From Oscarella lobularis (Eukaryota): 64,000 nt of DNA. Where the stretch lies: the NCBI RefSeq assembly GCF_947507565.1, contig NC_089192.1, positions 1,110,690 to 1,174,689 on the forward strand, read 5' to 3'. Numbering within the stretch: the stretch's first letter is position 1; each line of letters opens with the position of its first letter. Position numbers and translations under genes: made by a program. The notes under the pieces are model-generated. The model saw only the letters and a program-made list of their open reading frames with translations. It was not told where the DNA came from and did no database searches. Below, piece after piece: positions 1 through 9,370 of the stretch.

Positions 1-199
1 ATCTTTAAATCCCAGTGCGCGCACCAAGGCCGAAGCCCCCATCGCCCTGCCTACGGGCTCCGGCACGGTTATCAACCGTGGGCCACGCTGAGTCAACTAT
101 CCAGAGCGGTGTTTTCTGCCAATCTCCCGAGCCAGTCGTCAATGGGCCAAGCCGCAGTGCAATGCAACCACGACGCTCCCACCCTCAGCCGCAACTGAC

Positions 200-300
200 G
201 GGAACTCGGCTGTGCACGCCTTTATATAGGCTGCCGGCTCCTGGCGCGCTGATTGGCCGGCGGTTAGCTCCGCCCAGCGCTCTGATTGGTCGGCCAATTA
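200..300 (-). promoter_or_regulatory. Core-promoter-like element reading leftward on the minus strand: two CCAAT boxes, then a TATAAAG box
   Basis: Plus strand has 'tttatatagg' at 222-231, so the minus strand reads CCTATATAAAGG. Inverted CCAAT boxes ('gattggccgg' and 'ctgattggtcggccaatta') lie at 250-300, in the right order and spacing for a minus-strand gene starting left of about 190. A possible ATG is at about 40-42 on the minus strand. No gene body is visible within the window. Confidence 0.3.
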
Positions 301-842
301 AACAAAACTTGTTTTAGTCAGGTATTGCAGGTTGATTTCTGGTTATGCCGGTTGATTACCGGTATTTTCGAGCATGAATCATCGACAACACCCCTAAAAT
401 GGCGAAAATCAAAATGGCGAAATGCGATCCTAATGTACGGTAGGGTCCCTTTAATAAGCGACGATCTGAACGTAAGGGCTGTACATTACTTCGTTAACGT
501 TTTATCACTCGTTTTCGCGTGCACATGCGCGCGGATCGGCGATCACGCCCGCGGAAATCGAATAAAATTGTTTTTCCGCGACGGAAATGGCTCTTCTTCG
601 ACACGCCACGCGTCGCCGACGCAACACGACAACGCGCAAAGCCAAACGACAGGTAAGCGAAACCAATTGGAGGCAGAATTTAGAGAAAGAAACGAGCCTC
701 TTTTCTTTCCACGTTTTCTCACTGCTCGGAGCTTTCGAAACTCGTAATACAGTATCCGGCAGCCTTATTTGGCCATCCGGATACGTGCAAAAAATTACGA
801 TTAGTTCTCGGTGAGAGATAGAATTACTTCTAAAATGGCGGT

Positions 843-1233
843 TTGATCGAGTTTCTTTGGTTCGCCAAGCGCGCACGTGACTGCTTCAACACCCGTACAG
901 GCAATCCCACCGCTCTCCAATTCTTCGACCATGAACGTCGAAGCGTGCGCCGATTCGGCCACGCTAGAGCGCGCGGCGTCGCGGAAAGCGACGCGCGCGC
1001 TCATCGACGCGATCGAGAGCGATCGCGCGACGAATACTGCATTGGAACGCGCCGAGCGACGTTGGAGGCAGCGCATATGAAATCGGCGCGGACGACGCGT
1101 CGACGGCCAATCGTTGCTCAGCGTTCGCCATCTACGCTCGCCGAAGAGGCGAGAAGGCGCGCATTGTAGCGCACGCTCTGAGAGCCAGTGACGTAGCAGG
1201 GATCTCAGTAGCACCAAGTTCATCTGTTCTCCA
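843..1233 (+). repeat. R4: conserved 5' flank and putative promoter of the ZYG11-like genes
   Basis: The same roughly 250-400 bp segment ('gcattggaacgcgccgagcgacgttggaggcNgcgcatatgaaatcggcg...gcgagaaggcgcgcattgtagcgcacgct') precedes every ZYG11-like ATG. Copies sit at about 843-1233, 4862-5105, 10630-11009 and 14655-14891. Confidence 0.6.
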
Positions 1234-3627
1234 ATGGCATCAAGTCTTGCCGATTTGTGCACGAGAAGCCTTTGCCGAACGGACTACGAGATCTCCTCGT
1301 TTCCATTTCCATCGATCGCCGAGAGAATCCTTCTCCACTCGTCGTCGCCGCGTCGACTGCCTCTTCCGGTCGCCAACGCGCTCTTCGAAGGCTTGGCGCA
1401 ACGAGGAAAACTGACGGAGAGAATTCTTCGCCTTCTCCTCGATCGAGATCGAGCGATCGTGACGTCACTTCCTCTCATTGGTCTCCGATCGATTCCTCAT
1501 GATGACGGAGAGACGACTTTCGCGCGTCGTCTTCGACAGCAAGCGTTCCTATGTCGCGTCGACGTATCGTTCAGTCATTGCGTCGGCGAACTTTCCGTGT
1601 CGCTTGTGAGCGCCTTTGCCGACACGTGCAAAGACACGTTGCTTTCGTTTTCGGCTAGTCACGTGACCGGAGATCTTGGCATTTCGCGACTGAAAGACTT
1701 TACGCGATTGCGTCACGTCGATCTTAGCTACACGTCGGCAACGCCGAGCGACATCGACGCCGTGTGCGGATCTTTGTCTCAGTTACGTCATCTCAACGTA
1801 TCCGGCACGGGTGTTAGTTGGTCTCAAGTCTTTGCTTCAGCACGAGGACTCAATAAATTGGAGTACCTTGGCATGAGCAATTTGGATTTTTTGACATTAG
1901 ACGAGTGGACATTAGCCTCTCAACCCTACTTCAGCAGTCAACGGATAACCGATTTCTTTTCCATCTTCACTAGGTTGTCGGCGCTAGACATTTCGGGAGT
2001 TAGATTGAAGGGATTGCCATTATTGGTAAACGCCGAGGCTTTTCTTTCGGCTACGTTTCGTGAAATTGTCACTGGGGCCCAGTCATTGACTCATCTCGAA
2101 ACGAGTTTTCCAGAACTCTCTGAAGTTGTAGCTGAATTGCAGGTCGGCAATCTATTTGACCAAATGAAGTATTTGGCTTATTATGGCAGCGTCATATCGA
2201 TTCCGGGTATTCTTTTGAACGCTGGGTGTCCTCGCTTTTTCTGCAGTCAAGTTTTATCTTCTGGGCCGTATAATTCAAGAGCGATATGCGAGAATAACGT
2301 CGATTTTGTGACGCTGGCTCTGAAAGGCGGACCGTCCTTTGGGATGACTGCTCTGAGAATTCCGTGGTTCTTCGATCGATGCGCGTCGTCATTGGATGCA
2401 GCCGATCGTCGTGACCTTCTTCGGCGCGTTATGTCGGCCGCTGTCGCCGTCGCCCGCTTCAAACTATTTCGCATCGCCGGCACGTTCGAGTCCAACGCCG
2501 AGACGTTTTTGATGAACGTTATTGATCTGAGAACAGCGCACAAGACGCATTGTCTCTCATGTTCAAAACCGTTGTTTAGGCCGAGACGCGGCTGTTGCAT
2601 TCTACCCGGAACGGTTCGTCGGCATCGTCGCTACGCCTTTGCCGGTGATTTTTCTGATTCGTTGATAAAGGGGCTGTGGGATCAGATGATTGAATCCTGT
2701 TTAGAAGCGGCTCTCAATCAACCTGCCGTTTTTCGACGCGACAGCAATGATCAAATCCTGTCCGCATTGTGCGCTGCGCTTTTCGTTACTCTTCCTCGAC
2801 CTCCGCTTCGGTTCGCTGCCTTGACGTTTTTTCTGATCGCGCTAACTGGAAAGGAAACTGGAACGCGACGTCTTTCCACTTGCAGAAAATGCGCTGATGA
2901 CGGCACGCCTATGTCGGTGGCACTAAAGTCGATTTTTGAGTCTCTTTCCGACAAAGAGCGTTGTGGGCTTGCGCTAGAAAAGATCTGGCTTGCTCCGGTG
3001 TGCAATCATGTGGAGGCGATATGCACGGAACTGGTAACATCATTGCTGGTTGCTGTAGATCAAGTATCTCTTTCTAGAATTCCTCTTCTCCATCGTGACA
3101 GTCGCCTTTTCTTCGACATCCTCTACTACATGTCCCGCGATCTGCCGGATCTGCAGCGGCGTTTGGTTCAAGACAGTAATCTGTTGACACTTCTGGAGTA
3201 CCACCGTCCAGAAGCGGAAAGATTAGATGCTGCATCGTCTCTGAGGCTGCTGATTATTCTAGCTGAGAACGAGTCTCTGAGATATCGTCTGCTTTCGAAG
3301 TCATCGTTGCAGATGCTCCTTGAATGCCATCCCTGTTTCGAGACCAGCTATCTTACTTGTCTACTTCTGCTGTGTGACGACGCTCATTGGCCGGCGGATG
3401 TGCTCTCTAAAGACGCAACGGCTTACAGAATGATTACATTGCGTGGCGACATGTTGACATCTTCTTTAGCCGAGGACACTCAGCGCTACAGGTATTCAAG
3501 CAATACTGTTGCACTTCTACAAGATATGGCTCGACGAACGGACGTTCCACCCCCAGTAGGCTGGTTTGGGATGCACGTTCTCTCAAGGATAGATCAGCGT
3601 GTACAGATAAACCCAGCTTGTATTTAG
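1234..3627 (+). CDS. ZYG11/ZER1-like LRR + ARM-like protein, paralog 1 (797 aa, single exon)
   Basis: Uninterrupted ORF starting at ATG 1234. The N-terminus 'SSLADLCTRSLCRT...FPSIAERIL' resembles the ZYG11B VHL/Cul2-box region 'SLLDICLNFLTT...FPQEVADRLL'. Central LRRs ('LRHVDLSYTSATPSDIDAVCGSLSQLRHLNVSGTGVS') resemble 'RLESLDISNTSITDITALL' of ZYG11B. The C-terminal half is helical and ARM-like. Three further paralogs are about 85-90% identical. The family assignment is tentative. Confidence 0.55.
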   Translation: MASSLADLCTRSLCRTDYEISSFPFPSIAERILLHSSSPRRLPLPVANALFEGLAQRGKLTERILRLLLDRDRAIVTSLPLIGLRSIPHDDGETTFARRLRQQAFLCRVDVSFSHCVGELSVSLVSAFADTCKDTLLSFSASHVTGDLGISRLKDFTRLRHVDLSYTSATPSDIDAVCGSLSQLRHLNVSGTGVSWSQVFASARGLNKLEYLGMSNLDFLTLDEWTLASQPYFSSQRITDFFSIFTRLSALDISGVRLKGLPLLVNAEAFLSATFREIVTGAQSLTHLETSFPELSEVVAELQVGNLFDQMKYLAYYGSVISIPGILLNAGCPRFFCSQVLSSGPYNSRAICENNVDFVTLALKGGPSFGMTALRIPWFFDRCASSLDAADRRDLLRRVMSAAVAVARFKLFRIAGTFESNAETFLMNVIDLRTAHKTHCLSCSKPLFRPRRGCCILPGTVRRHRRYAFAGDFSDSLIKGLWDQMIESCLEAALNQPAVFRRDSNDQILSALCAALFVTLPRPPLRFAALTFFLIALTGKETGTRRLSTCRKCADDGTPMSVALKSIFESLSDKERCGLALEKIWLAPVCNHVEAICTELVTSLLVAVDQVSLSRIPLLHRDSRLFFDILYYMSRDLPDLQRRLVQDSNLLTLLEYHRPEAERLDAASSLRLLIILAENESLRYRLLSKSSLQMLLECHPCFETSYLTCLLLLCDDAHWPADVLSKDATAYRMITLRGDMLTSSLAEDTQRYRYSSNTVALLQDMARRTDVPPPVGWFGMHVLSRIDQRVQINPACI

Positions 3628-3935
3628 GGCTCTAATATTTAGAGAAGGCTGCTCCTTGTCTCCACTAGAATTAGTGCTACAGGTAGATCGTGTCTGAGAT
3701 CAGAGATTCTTTTTATTTATTTTTTAAATTTAGGTTTATAACCCTTGTTTAGAATTATAACGTAGTGGGCGTATTTCTGCTACGTCTTGTCGCGACAAAT
3801 CTCAAACGTTTACCATCCGCTCAGCAAGAGACAGACAATGTAGAAAGTTACGGAAAACGCCTAAGCAAAAATAAGGTAGAAAAGCGTTGGCATGCACTAA
3901 ACAAACAGAGAATCGCGTACAGTCAGCTACGCGAG
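3628..3935. repeat. R5: shared 3' region between the convergent ZYG11-like and NHL-BTB genes
   Basis: Segment 'ctccactagaattagtgctacaggtagatcgtgtctgagatcagagattctttttatttattttttaaatttaggtttataacccttgtttagaattataa...' recurs at 3628-3935, 7494-7777, 13392-13724, 17286-17595, about 21066-21307, about 23950-24242 and about 26850-27146. It probably carries the 3' UTRs and polyadenylation signals of both genes. Confidence 0.5.
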
Positions 3936-4880
3936 TCATTTGCCAATGAGTCTCATTATTTCTGCTAATAAATTGACGCCAAGATTCTCCAACTTTTCAT
4001 CTTGGGATAGCTCCTTGTAGTGGCTCACGAAAAATTGCAGGCATTTCTCTCTCAAATCTCTAAAGCCGTACTTATCAGCAAGAAACAGATAATCAATAGC
4101 CGTTGCAGCTGAAACCGTCTTTGCCAAATAGGACATGCAGAAATCCCGCAGAGTGGAAATGAGAAAACGATCAGCCAATACCAATATATCCGGCATGTGG
4201 CTGCTGTATTTCTGTACGTCCAAGCAGCCAGTGAGAAGAAATGAAATGATTGCGTAGAACGATTCATAGGTAGCATCTTCAATAGCAGTTGGAGTGGATT
4301 CGGTCTCGGAAGATTTCCATTTCCACGAGAACATACTGTTGAAGTATTCGCTTCGAATGCAAAGAACCGATTTAGCGGTGACGGTGACGTGCTTTCCTTG
4401 AACTAAGAATACGGCTTTATCTGTAGAAACGATTTCTTCGTTGTCAATCAATTCCGCAAGATCATGTGAAAGTTCATCGAATGCTTTGAAGGAAGGAGGT
4501 GCAGCTTTTTGAAGGAAGGAGGTGCCACTCTCACTCTACGAACGGCCTTCTGCTCCGTAAAGTAAAGGTACCCCGACTTAGAATCAAAAAACAAATGACG
4601 AGGATAATACAATGACGCTAATTCGCCTTTGCCATCTGTAGACGCTGCCGCACCTGATCCGCAGAGAATTTCTTTTTCATTTGATGACAATGTCAGCTTG
4701 TAGATTCTATGCGAGAGATCAGAGAAGTAGACATTTCCGTCGTCGTCAACAGCAACACCATAAGGTGTATTGAGATTTTTTCAAACGGTTGAAACGTTGT
4801 GGTTTTTAATAAATCTTTCTGATAGCACCATTAGATCGGTCAGCCACATACACAGAACAGTCTGGTCCCACGGCTAATTG
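3936..4880 (-). pseudogene. NHL-BTB-BACK pseudogene fragment (BTB/BACK plus the last NHL blades; frameshifted, 5' part replaced by R4)
   Basis: ORF 3936..4451 encodes the BTB/BACK part ('DKAVFLVQGKHVTVTAKSVLCIRSEYFNSMF...'). The frame then switches to ORF 4448..4690. A TTAT insertion ('ggtttttaataaatctttc', about 4805) frameshifts blade 5. Homology ends at about 4880, where the R4 flank begins. Exons 1-2 are absent. The lesions are identical to the copy at 13725-14672. Confidence 0.6.
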
Positions 4881-5105
4881 ATCGTTGCATTGGAACGCGC
4901 CGAGCGACGTTGGAGGCGGCGCATATGAAATCGGCGGGAAAGCGCGGACGACGCGTCGACGGCCAATCGTTGCTCAGCGTTCGCCATCTACGGTAGGTAC
5001 ATGTACGCTCGCCGAAGCGGCGAGAAGGCGCGCATTGTAGCGCACGCTGTGAGTGACGGGACGGATCTTAGCAGGGATCTCTGTACCAAGTTCATCTGTT
5101 CTCCA

Positions 5106-7493
5106 ATGGCATCAAGTCTTGCCGATTTGTGCACGAGAAGCCTTTGCCGAACGGACTACGAGATCTCCTCGTTTCCATTTCCATCGATCGCCGAGAGAAT
5201 CCTTCTCCACTCGTCGTCGCCGCGTCGACTGCCTCTTCCGGTCGCCAACGCGCTCTTCGAAGGCTTGGCGCAACGAGGAAAACTGACGGAGAGAATTCTT
5301 CGCCTTTTCCTCAATCGCGATCGAGCAATGGTGACGTCACTTCCTCTCATTGGTCTCCGATCGATTCCTCGTGATGACGGAGAGACGACTTTCGTGCGTC
5401 GTCTTCAACAGCAAGCGTTCCTATGTCGCGTCGACGTATCGTTCAGTCATTGCGTCGGCGAACTTTCGGTTTCGCTTGTGAGCACCTTTGCCGACACGTG
5501 CAAAGACACGTTGCTTTCGTTTTCGGCTAGTCACGTGACCGGAGATCTTGGTATTTCGCGACTGAAAGACTTCACGCGATTGCGTCACGTCGATCTTAGC
5601 TACACGTCGGCGACGCCGAGCGACATCAACGCCGTGTGCGGCTCCTTGTGTCAGTTGCGTCATCTCGACGTATCCGGCACTGACGTTAGTTGGTATCACG
5701 TCTTTGGTTCGGCACGAGGACTCGATCAATTGGAGTACCTTGGCATGAGCGATTTGGTATTTTTGACATTAGACGAGTGGACGCTTGTCTCACAACCCTA
5801 CTTCAGCACTCGATGGATAACCAATTTCTTTTTGGTTACCACTAGGTTGTCTACACTCGACATTTCAGGAGTTATATGTAAGGGATTGCCATCAGACAAG
5901 TCTATTCTTTCAGCTGCATTTCATGAAATTGTCACTGGGGCACGGTCATTGACTCATCTCGAAACGAGTTTTCCAAAACTCCCTGAAGTTGTAGCTGGAT
6001 TGCAGCTCGGCAATCTATTTGACCAAATGAAGTATTTGGCTTATTATGGCGTCGTCACATCAATTCCAGATATTCTTTTGAACGCTGGGTGTCCTCGCTT
6101 TTTCTGCAGTACATCTTCTCGGCCACATCATTCAAGAGCGATAGACGTGAATAACGTCGATTTTGTGACGCTGGCTCTGAAAGGCGGACCGTCCTTTGGG
6201 ATGACTGCTCTGGGAATTCCGCGGTTATTTTATCGATGCGCGTTGTCATCGGATGCAGCCGATCGTCGTGACCTTCTTCGGCGCGTTATGTCGGCCGCTG
6301 TCGCCGTCGCCCGCTTCAAACTATTTCGCATCACCGGCACGTTCAAGTCCAACGCCGAGACGTTTTTGATATACGTTATTTATCTGAGAACAGCGCACAG
6401 GACGCATTGTCTCTTATGTTCAAAACCGTTGCCGAGACGCGGCTGTTGCTTTCGACCCAGACCGGTTCGTCGCTACGCCTTTGCCGATGATTTTTCTGAT
6501 TCATCGATAAAGGAGCTGTGGGATCAGATGGTTGAATCCTGTTTAGAAGCGGCTCTCAATCAACCTGCCGTTTTTCGACGCGACAGCAATGATCGAATTC
6601 TGTCTGCATTGTGCGCTGCGCTTTTCGTTACTCTTCCTCGACCTCCGCTTCGGTTCGCTGCCTTGACGTTTTTTCTGAACGCGCTAACTGGAAAGGAAAC
6701 TGGAGTTACGAGACGTCTTTCCACTTGCAGAAACTGCGCTGATGACGGCACGCCTGTGTCGGTGGCACTAAAGTCGATTTTTGAGTCTCTTTCCGACCAA
6801 GAGCGTCGTGGGCTTGCGCTAGAAAAGAACTGGCTTGCTCCGGTGTGCAATCACGTGGAGGCGATATGCACGGAACTGGGAACGTCATTGCTGGTTGCAG
6901 ATCGAACATTTCTTTCTAGAATTCCTCTTCTCAATCGTGACAGTCGCCTTTTCTTGGACATCCTCTACTACATGTCCCGTGATCTGCCGGATGTGCAGCG
7001 GCATTTGGTTCAAGACAGTAATCTGTTGACACTTCTGCCATTGTATTCATCGCCACCGGTGCACCACCACCGTCCAGAAGTGGAAAGATTAGATGCCGCG
7101 TCATCTCTGAGGGTACTGATTATTCTAGCTGAGAACGAGTCTCTGAGACATCGTCTGCTTTCGACGTCATCGTTGCAGATGCTCCTTGAATTTCATCCCT
7201 GTTTTGAGACCAGCTATCTTACTTGTCTACTTCTGCTGTGTGACGACGCTCCTTGGCCGGCGGATGTGCTCTCTAAAGACGCAATGGCTTACAGAATGAT
7301 TACATTGCGCGGCGACATGTTGACATCTTCTTTAGTAGAGGACACTCAGCGCTGCAGGTATTCAAGCAATACTGTTGCACGTCTACAAGATATGGCTGGA
7401 CGAAAGGACGTTCCACCCCCAGTAGGCTGGTTTGGGATGTACGTTCTCTCAAGGATGGATCAGCGTGTACAGATAAACCCAGCTTCTATTTAG
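5106..7493 (+). CDS. ZYG11/ZER1-like LRR + ARM-like protein, paralog 2 (796 aa from the conserved ATG)
   Basis: The ORF-track entry 5001..7493 starts earlier, but the conserved start 'MASSLADLC' is the ATG at 5106-5108. Otherwise colinear with paralog 1. Confidence 0.55.
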   Translation: MASSLADLCTRSLCRTDYEISSFPFPSIAERILLHSSSPRRLPLPVANALFEGLAQRGKLTERILRLFLNRDRAMVTSLPLIGLRSIPRDDGETTFVRRLQQQAFLCRVDVSFSHCVGELSVSLVSTFADTCKDTLLSFSASHVTGDLGISRLKDFTRLRHVDLSYTSATPSDINAVCGSLCQLRHLDVSGTDVSWYHVFGSARGLDQLEYLGMSDLVFLTLDEWTLVSQPYFSTRWITNFFLVTTRLSTLDISGVICKGLPSDKSILSAAFHEIVTGARSLTHLETSFPKLPEVVAGLQLGNLFDQMKYLAYYGVVTSIPDILLNAGCPRFFCSTSSRPHHSRAIDVNNVDFVTLALKGGPSFGMTALGIPRLFYRCALSSDAADRRDLLRRVMSAAVAVARFKLFRITGTFKSNAETFLIYVIYLRTAHRTHCLLCSKPLPRRGCCFRPRPVRRYAFADDFSDSSIKELWDQMVESCLEAALNQPAVFRRDSNDRILSALCAALFVTLPRPPLRFAALTFFLNALTGKETGVTRRLSTCRNCADDGTPVSVALKSIFESLSDQERRGLALEKNWLAPVCNHVEAICTELGTSLLVADRTFLSRIPLLNRDSRLFLDILYYMSRDLPDVQRHLVQDSNLLTLLPLYSSPPVHHHRPEVERLDAASSLRVLIILAENESLRHRLLSTSSLQMLLEFHPCFETSYLTCLLLLCDDAPWPADVLSKDAMAYRMITLRGDMLTSSLVEDTQRCRYSSNTVARLQDMAGRKDVPPPVGWFGMYVLSRMDQRVQINPASI

Positions 7494-7777
7494 GGCTCTA
7501 ATATTTAGAGAAGGCTGCTCCTTTTCTCTACTAGAATTAGTGCTACAGGTAGATCGTGTCTGAGATCAGAGATTCTTTTTATTTATTTTTTAAAATTTAG
7601 GTTTATAACCCTTGTTTAGAATTATAATGTAGCGAGGGTATTTCTGCTACATCTTCTCGCGACAAATCTCAAACATTTACCATTCGGATATTTTGAATTG
7701 CAGAAAACGCAGCTTAGCAAAAAAATAAGGCAGAAGTTGACAAACACAAACAGAGAGAATCGCGTCAGTTACGTGAG

Positions 7778-9370
7778 TTATTTGCCAATGAGTCTGATTA
7801 TTTCTGCTAATAACTTGACGCCAAGACTCTCAAACTTTTCATCTTGGCAAAGTACTTTGTAGTGAATCGCGACAAATTGCAGGCATTTCTCTCTCAAATC
7901 TCTAAAGCCGTAATTATCAGCAAGAGACAGATAATCAATAGCCGTTGCAGTCGAAACGGTCTTTGCCAAATAGGCCATGCAAAAATCACGCAGAGTGGAA
8001 ATGAGAAAACGATCAGCCAATATCAATATATCCGGCATGTTGCTGCTGTATTTCTGTACGTCCAAGCAGCCAGTGAGAAGAAATGAAATAATTGCGTAGA
8101 ACGATTCATAGGTAGCATCTTTGATAGAAATTGGATTGGATTCGGTCTCGGAAGATTTCCAATTTGACGAGAACATCCTGTTGAAGTAATCACTTCGAAT
8201 GCAAAGAACCGATTTAGCGGTGACGGTGACGTGCTTTCCTTGAACTAAGAATACGGCTTTATCTGCAGAAACGATTTCTTCGTTGTCGATCAATTGCGCA
8301 AGATCATGTGAAAGTCCGGCGTCATTAAATGCAGGAGGGGCTGCTTTTGCTGCCTCGAAGGAAGGAGGTGCCACTCTCACTCTACGAACGGCCTTCGGCT
8401 CAGTAAAGTAAAGGTACCCCGACTTGGAATCGAAAAACAAATGACGAGGATCTTTCAATGACGCTAATTGGCCTTTGCCATCTATAGACGCTGCTTCACC
8501 TGATCCGCAGAGAATTTCTTTTTCACTTGATGATGATGCCAGCTTGTAGATTCTACGCAAGCGATCAGAGAAGTAGACATTTCCGTCATCGTCAACAGCC
8601 ACACTATAAGGTTGGTTGAGATTTTTACAAACGGTTGAAACGTGGTGGTTTTTAATCTTTCTGATAGCACCATTTAATTGGTCAGCCACATACACAGAGC
8701 CGTCTGGTCCCACGGCTAATTGATTTGGGCTATTAAATTTGGCTTCAGCACAGTGACCATCAATGTTGCCTGGTTGGCCTGCGGAGCCTGCTAGCGTTGT
8801 TACGCGTCCATCAACCTCAATTCGACGTATTGCATGTCCGCCATGAGAAGACACTAAGACACTGCCATCTTGTAGTGCCACAATCCCCAATGGGTGATTG
8901 AATTGAGCTTCAGTAAGGCCTACTCCATCTCGTTCTCCACAGCTCCCATTGCCAGCTAATGTAGAGACGGTGTCACCACTCAGCTGCGAGAACGTTTTAT
9001 ACTCAGAACCGTGGCACATCTGTATCATTACCTTTCGAATGCGACAGTTGGCGTAGTCAGCAACAAAGAGACAAGAGCCGGACGAGGCAATGCCTCCTGG
9101 TTTGGAAAATGTCGCCGAGTTCAAAGTACCATCTTGGTGACCGGATCGGCTGGGAATCCCAGCATGGGTCGAGAGTTCCTGAGAGGAAAGATCAACTTTC
9201 CATATGCATTGTTGACCGTGATCTGCGACACACATTTGATCGTCTAAAATCGTGATTCCCCACAAGCACGAGAACGACTCGTGACGTGACGCAGTCGAGA
9301 GATATCCGTCTAAAAACGGAAAAGAGGCACGCTCAAATGTTTTTCACAAACGGAACTCCTTACATTCCAT
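7778..9370 (-). CDS. NHL(6 blades)-BTB-BACK protein, array copy 2 (3 exons)
   Basis: Exon 1 coding part is only 'ATGGAAT' (plus 9364-9370, rc) with donor GTAAGG. Intron 1 is 9310-9363 (54 nt, acceptor ttttccgtttttag). Exon 2 is 9309-9032. Intron 2 is 8984-9031 (48 nt, GTAATG...TCTCGCAG; in-frame and stop-free, so the ORF track reads through it). Exon 3 is 8983-7778. NHL blades include 'LAVGPDGSVYVAD', 'YSVAVDDDGNVYFSD' and 'GAIRKI'. The BTB domain includes 'DKAVFLVQGKHVTVTAKSVLCIRSDYFNRMF...ATYESFYAIISFLLTG', followed by a BACK-like helical region. The track 'M' at 9265 is a TTG codon. Confidence 0.7.

Noticed and set aside
15-747. ORFs 15..317 and 286..747 at the left edge
   Set aside because: Pro/Arg-rich translation of a GC-rich promoter region. 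The region is better explained as a CCAAT/TATA promoter plus upstream flank.
5001-5105. N-terminal extensions of ZYG11-like ORFs (5001.., 14700..) as real coding sequence
   Set aside because: The extensions are not conserved between paralogs. Paralog 1 has a stop just upstream of 1234, and 14700 is a TTG. The conserved ATG 'MASSLADLC' is the consistent start.
9265-9265. ORF-track start codons of the NHL-BTB ORFs ('MWGITIL' at 9265, 'MSRHESFS' at 19093/22827, 'MARHESFS' at 25754)
   Set aside because: The underlying codons are TTG/GTG, not ATG. The real start is the upstream 'ATGGAAT' micro-exon joined by a 50-54-nt intron.
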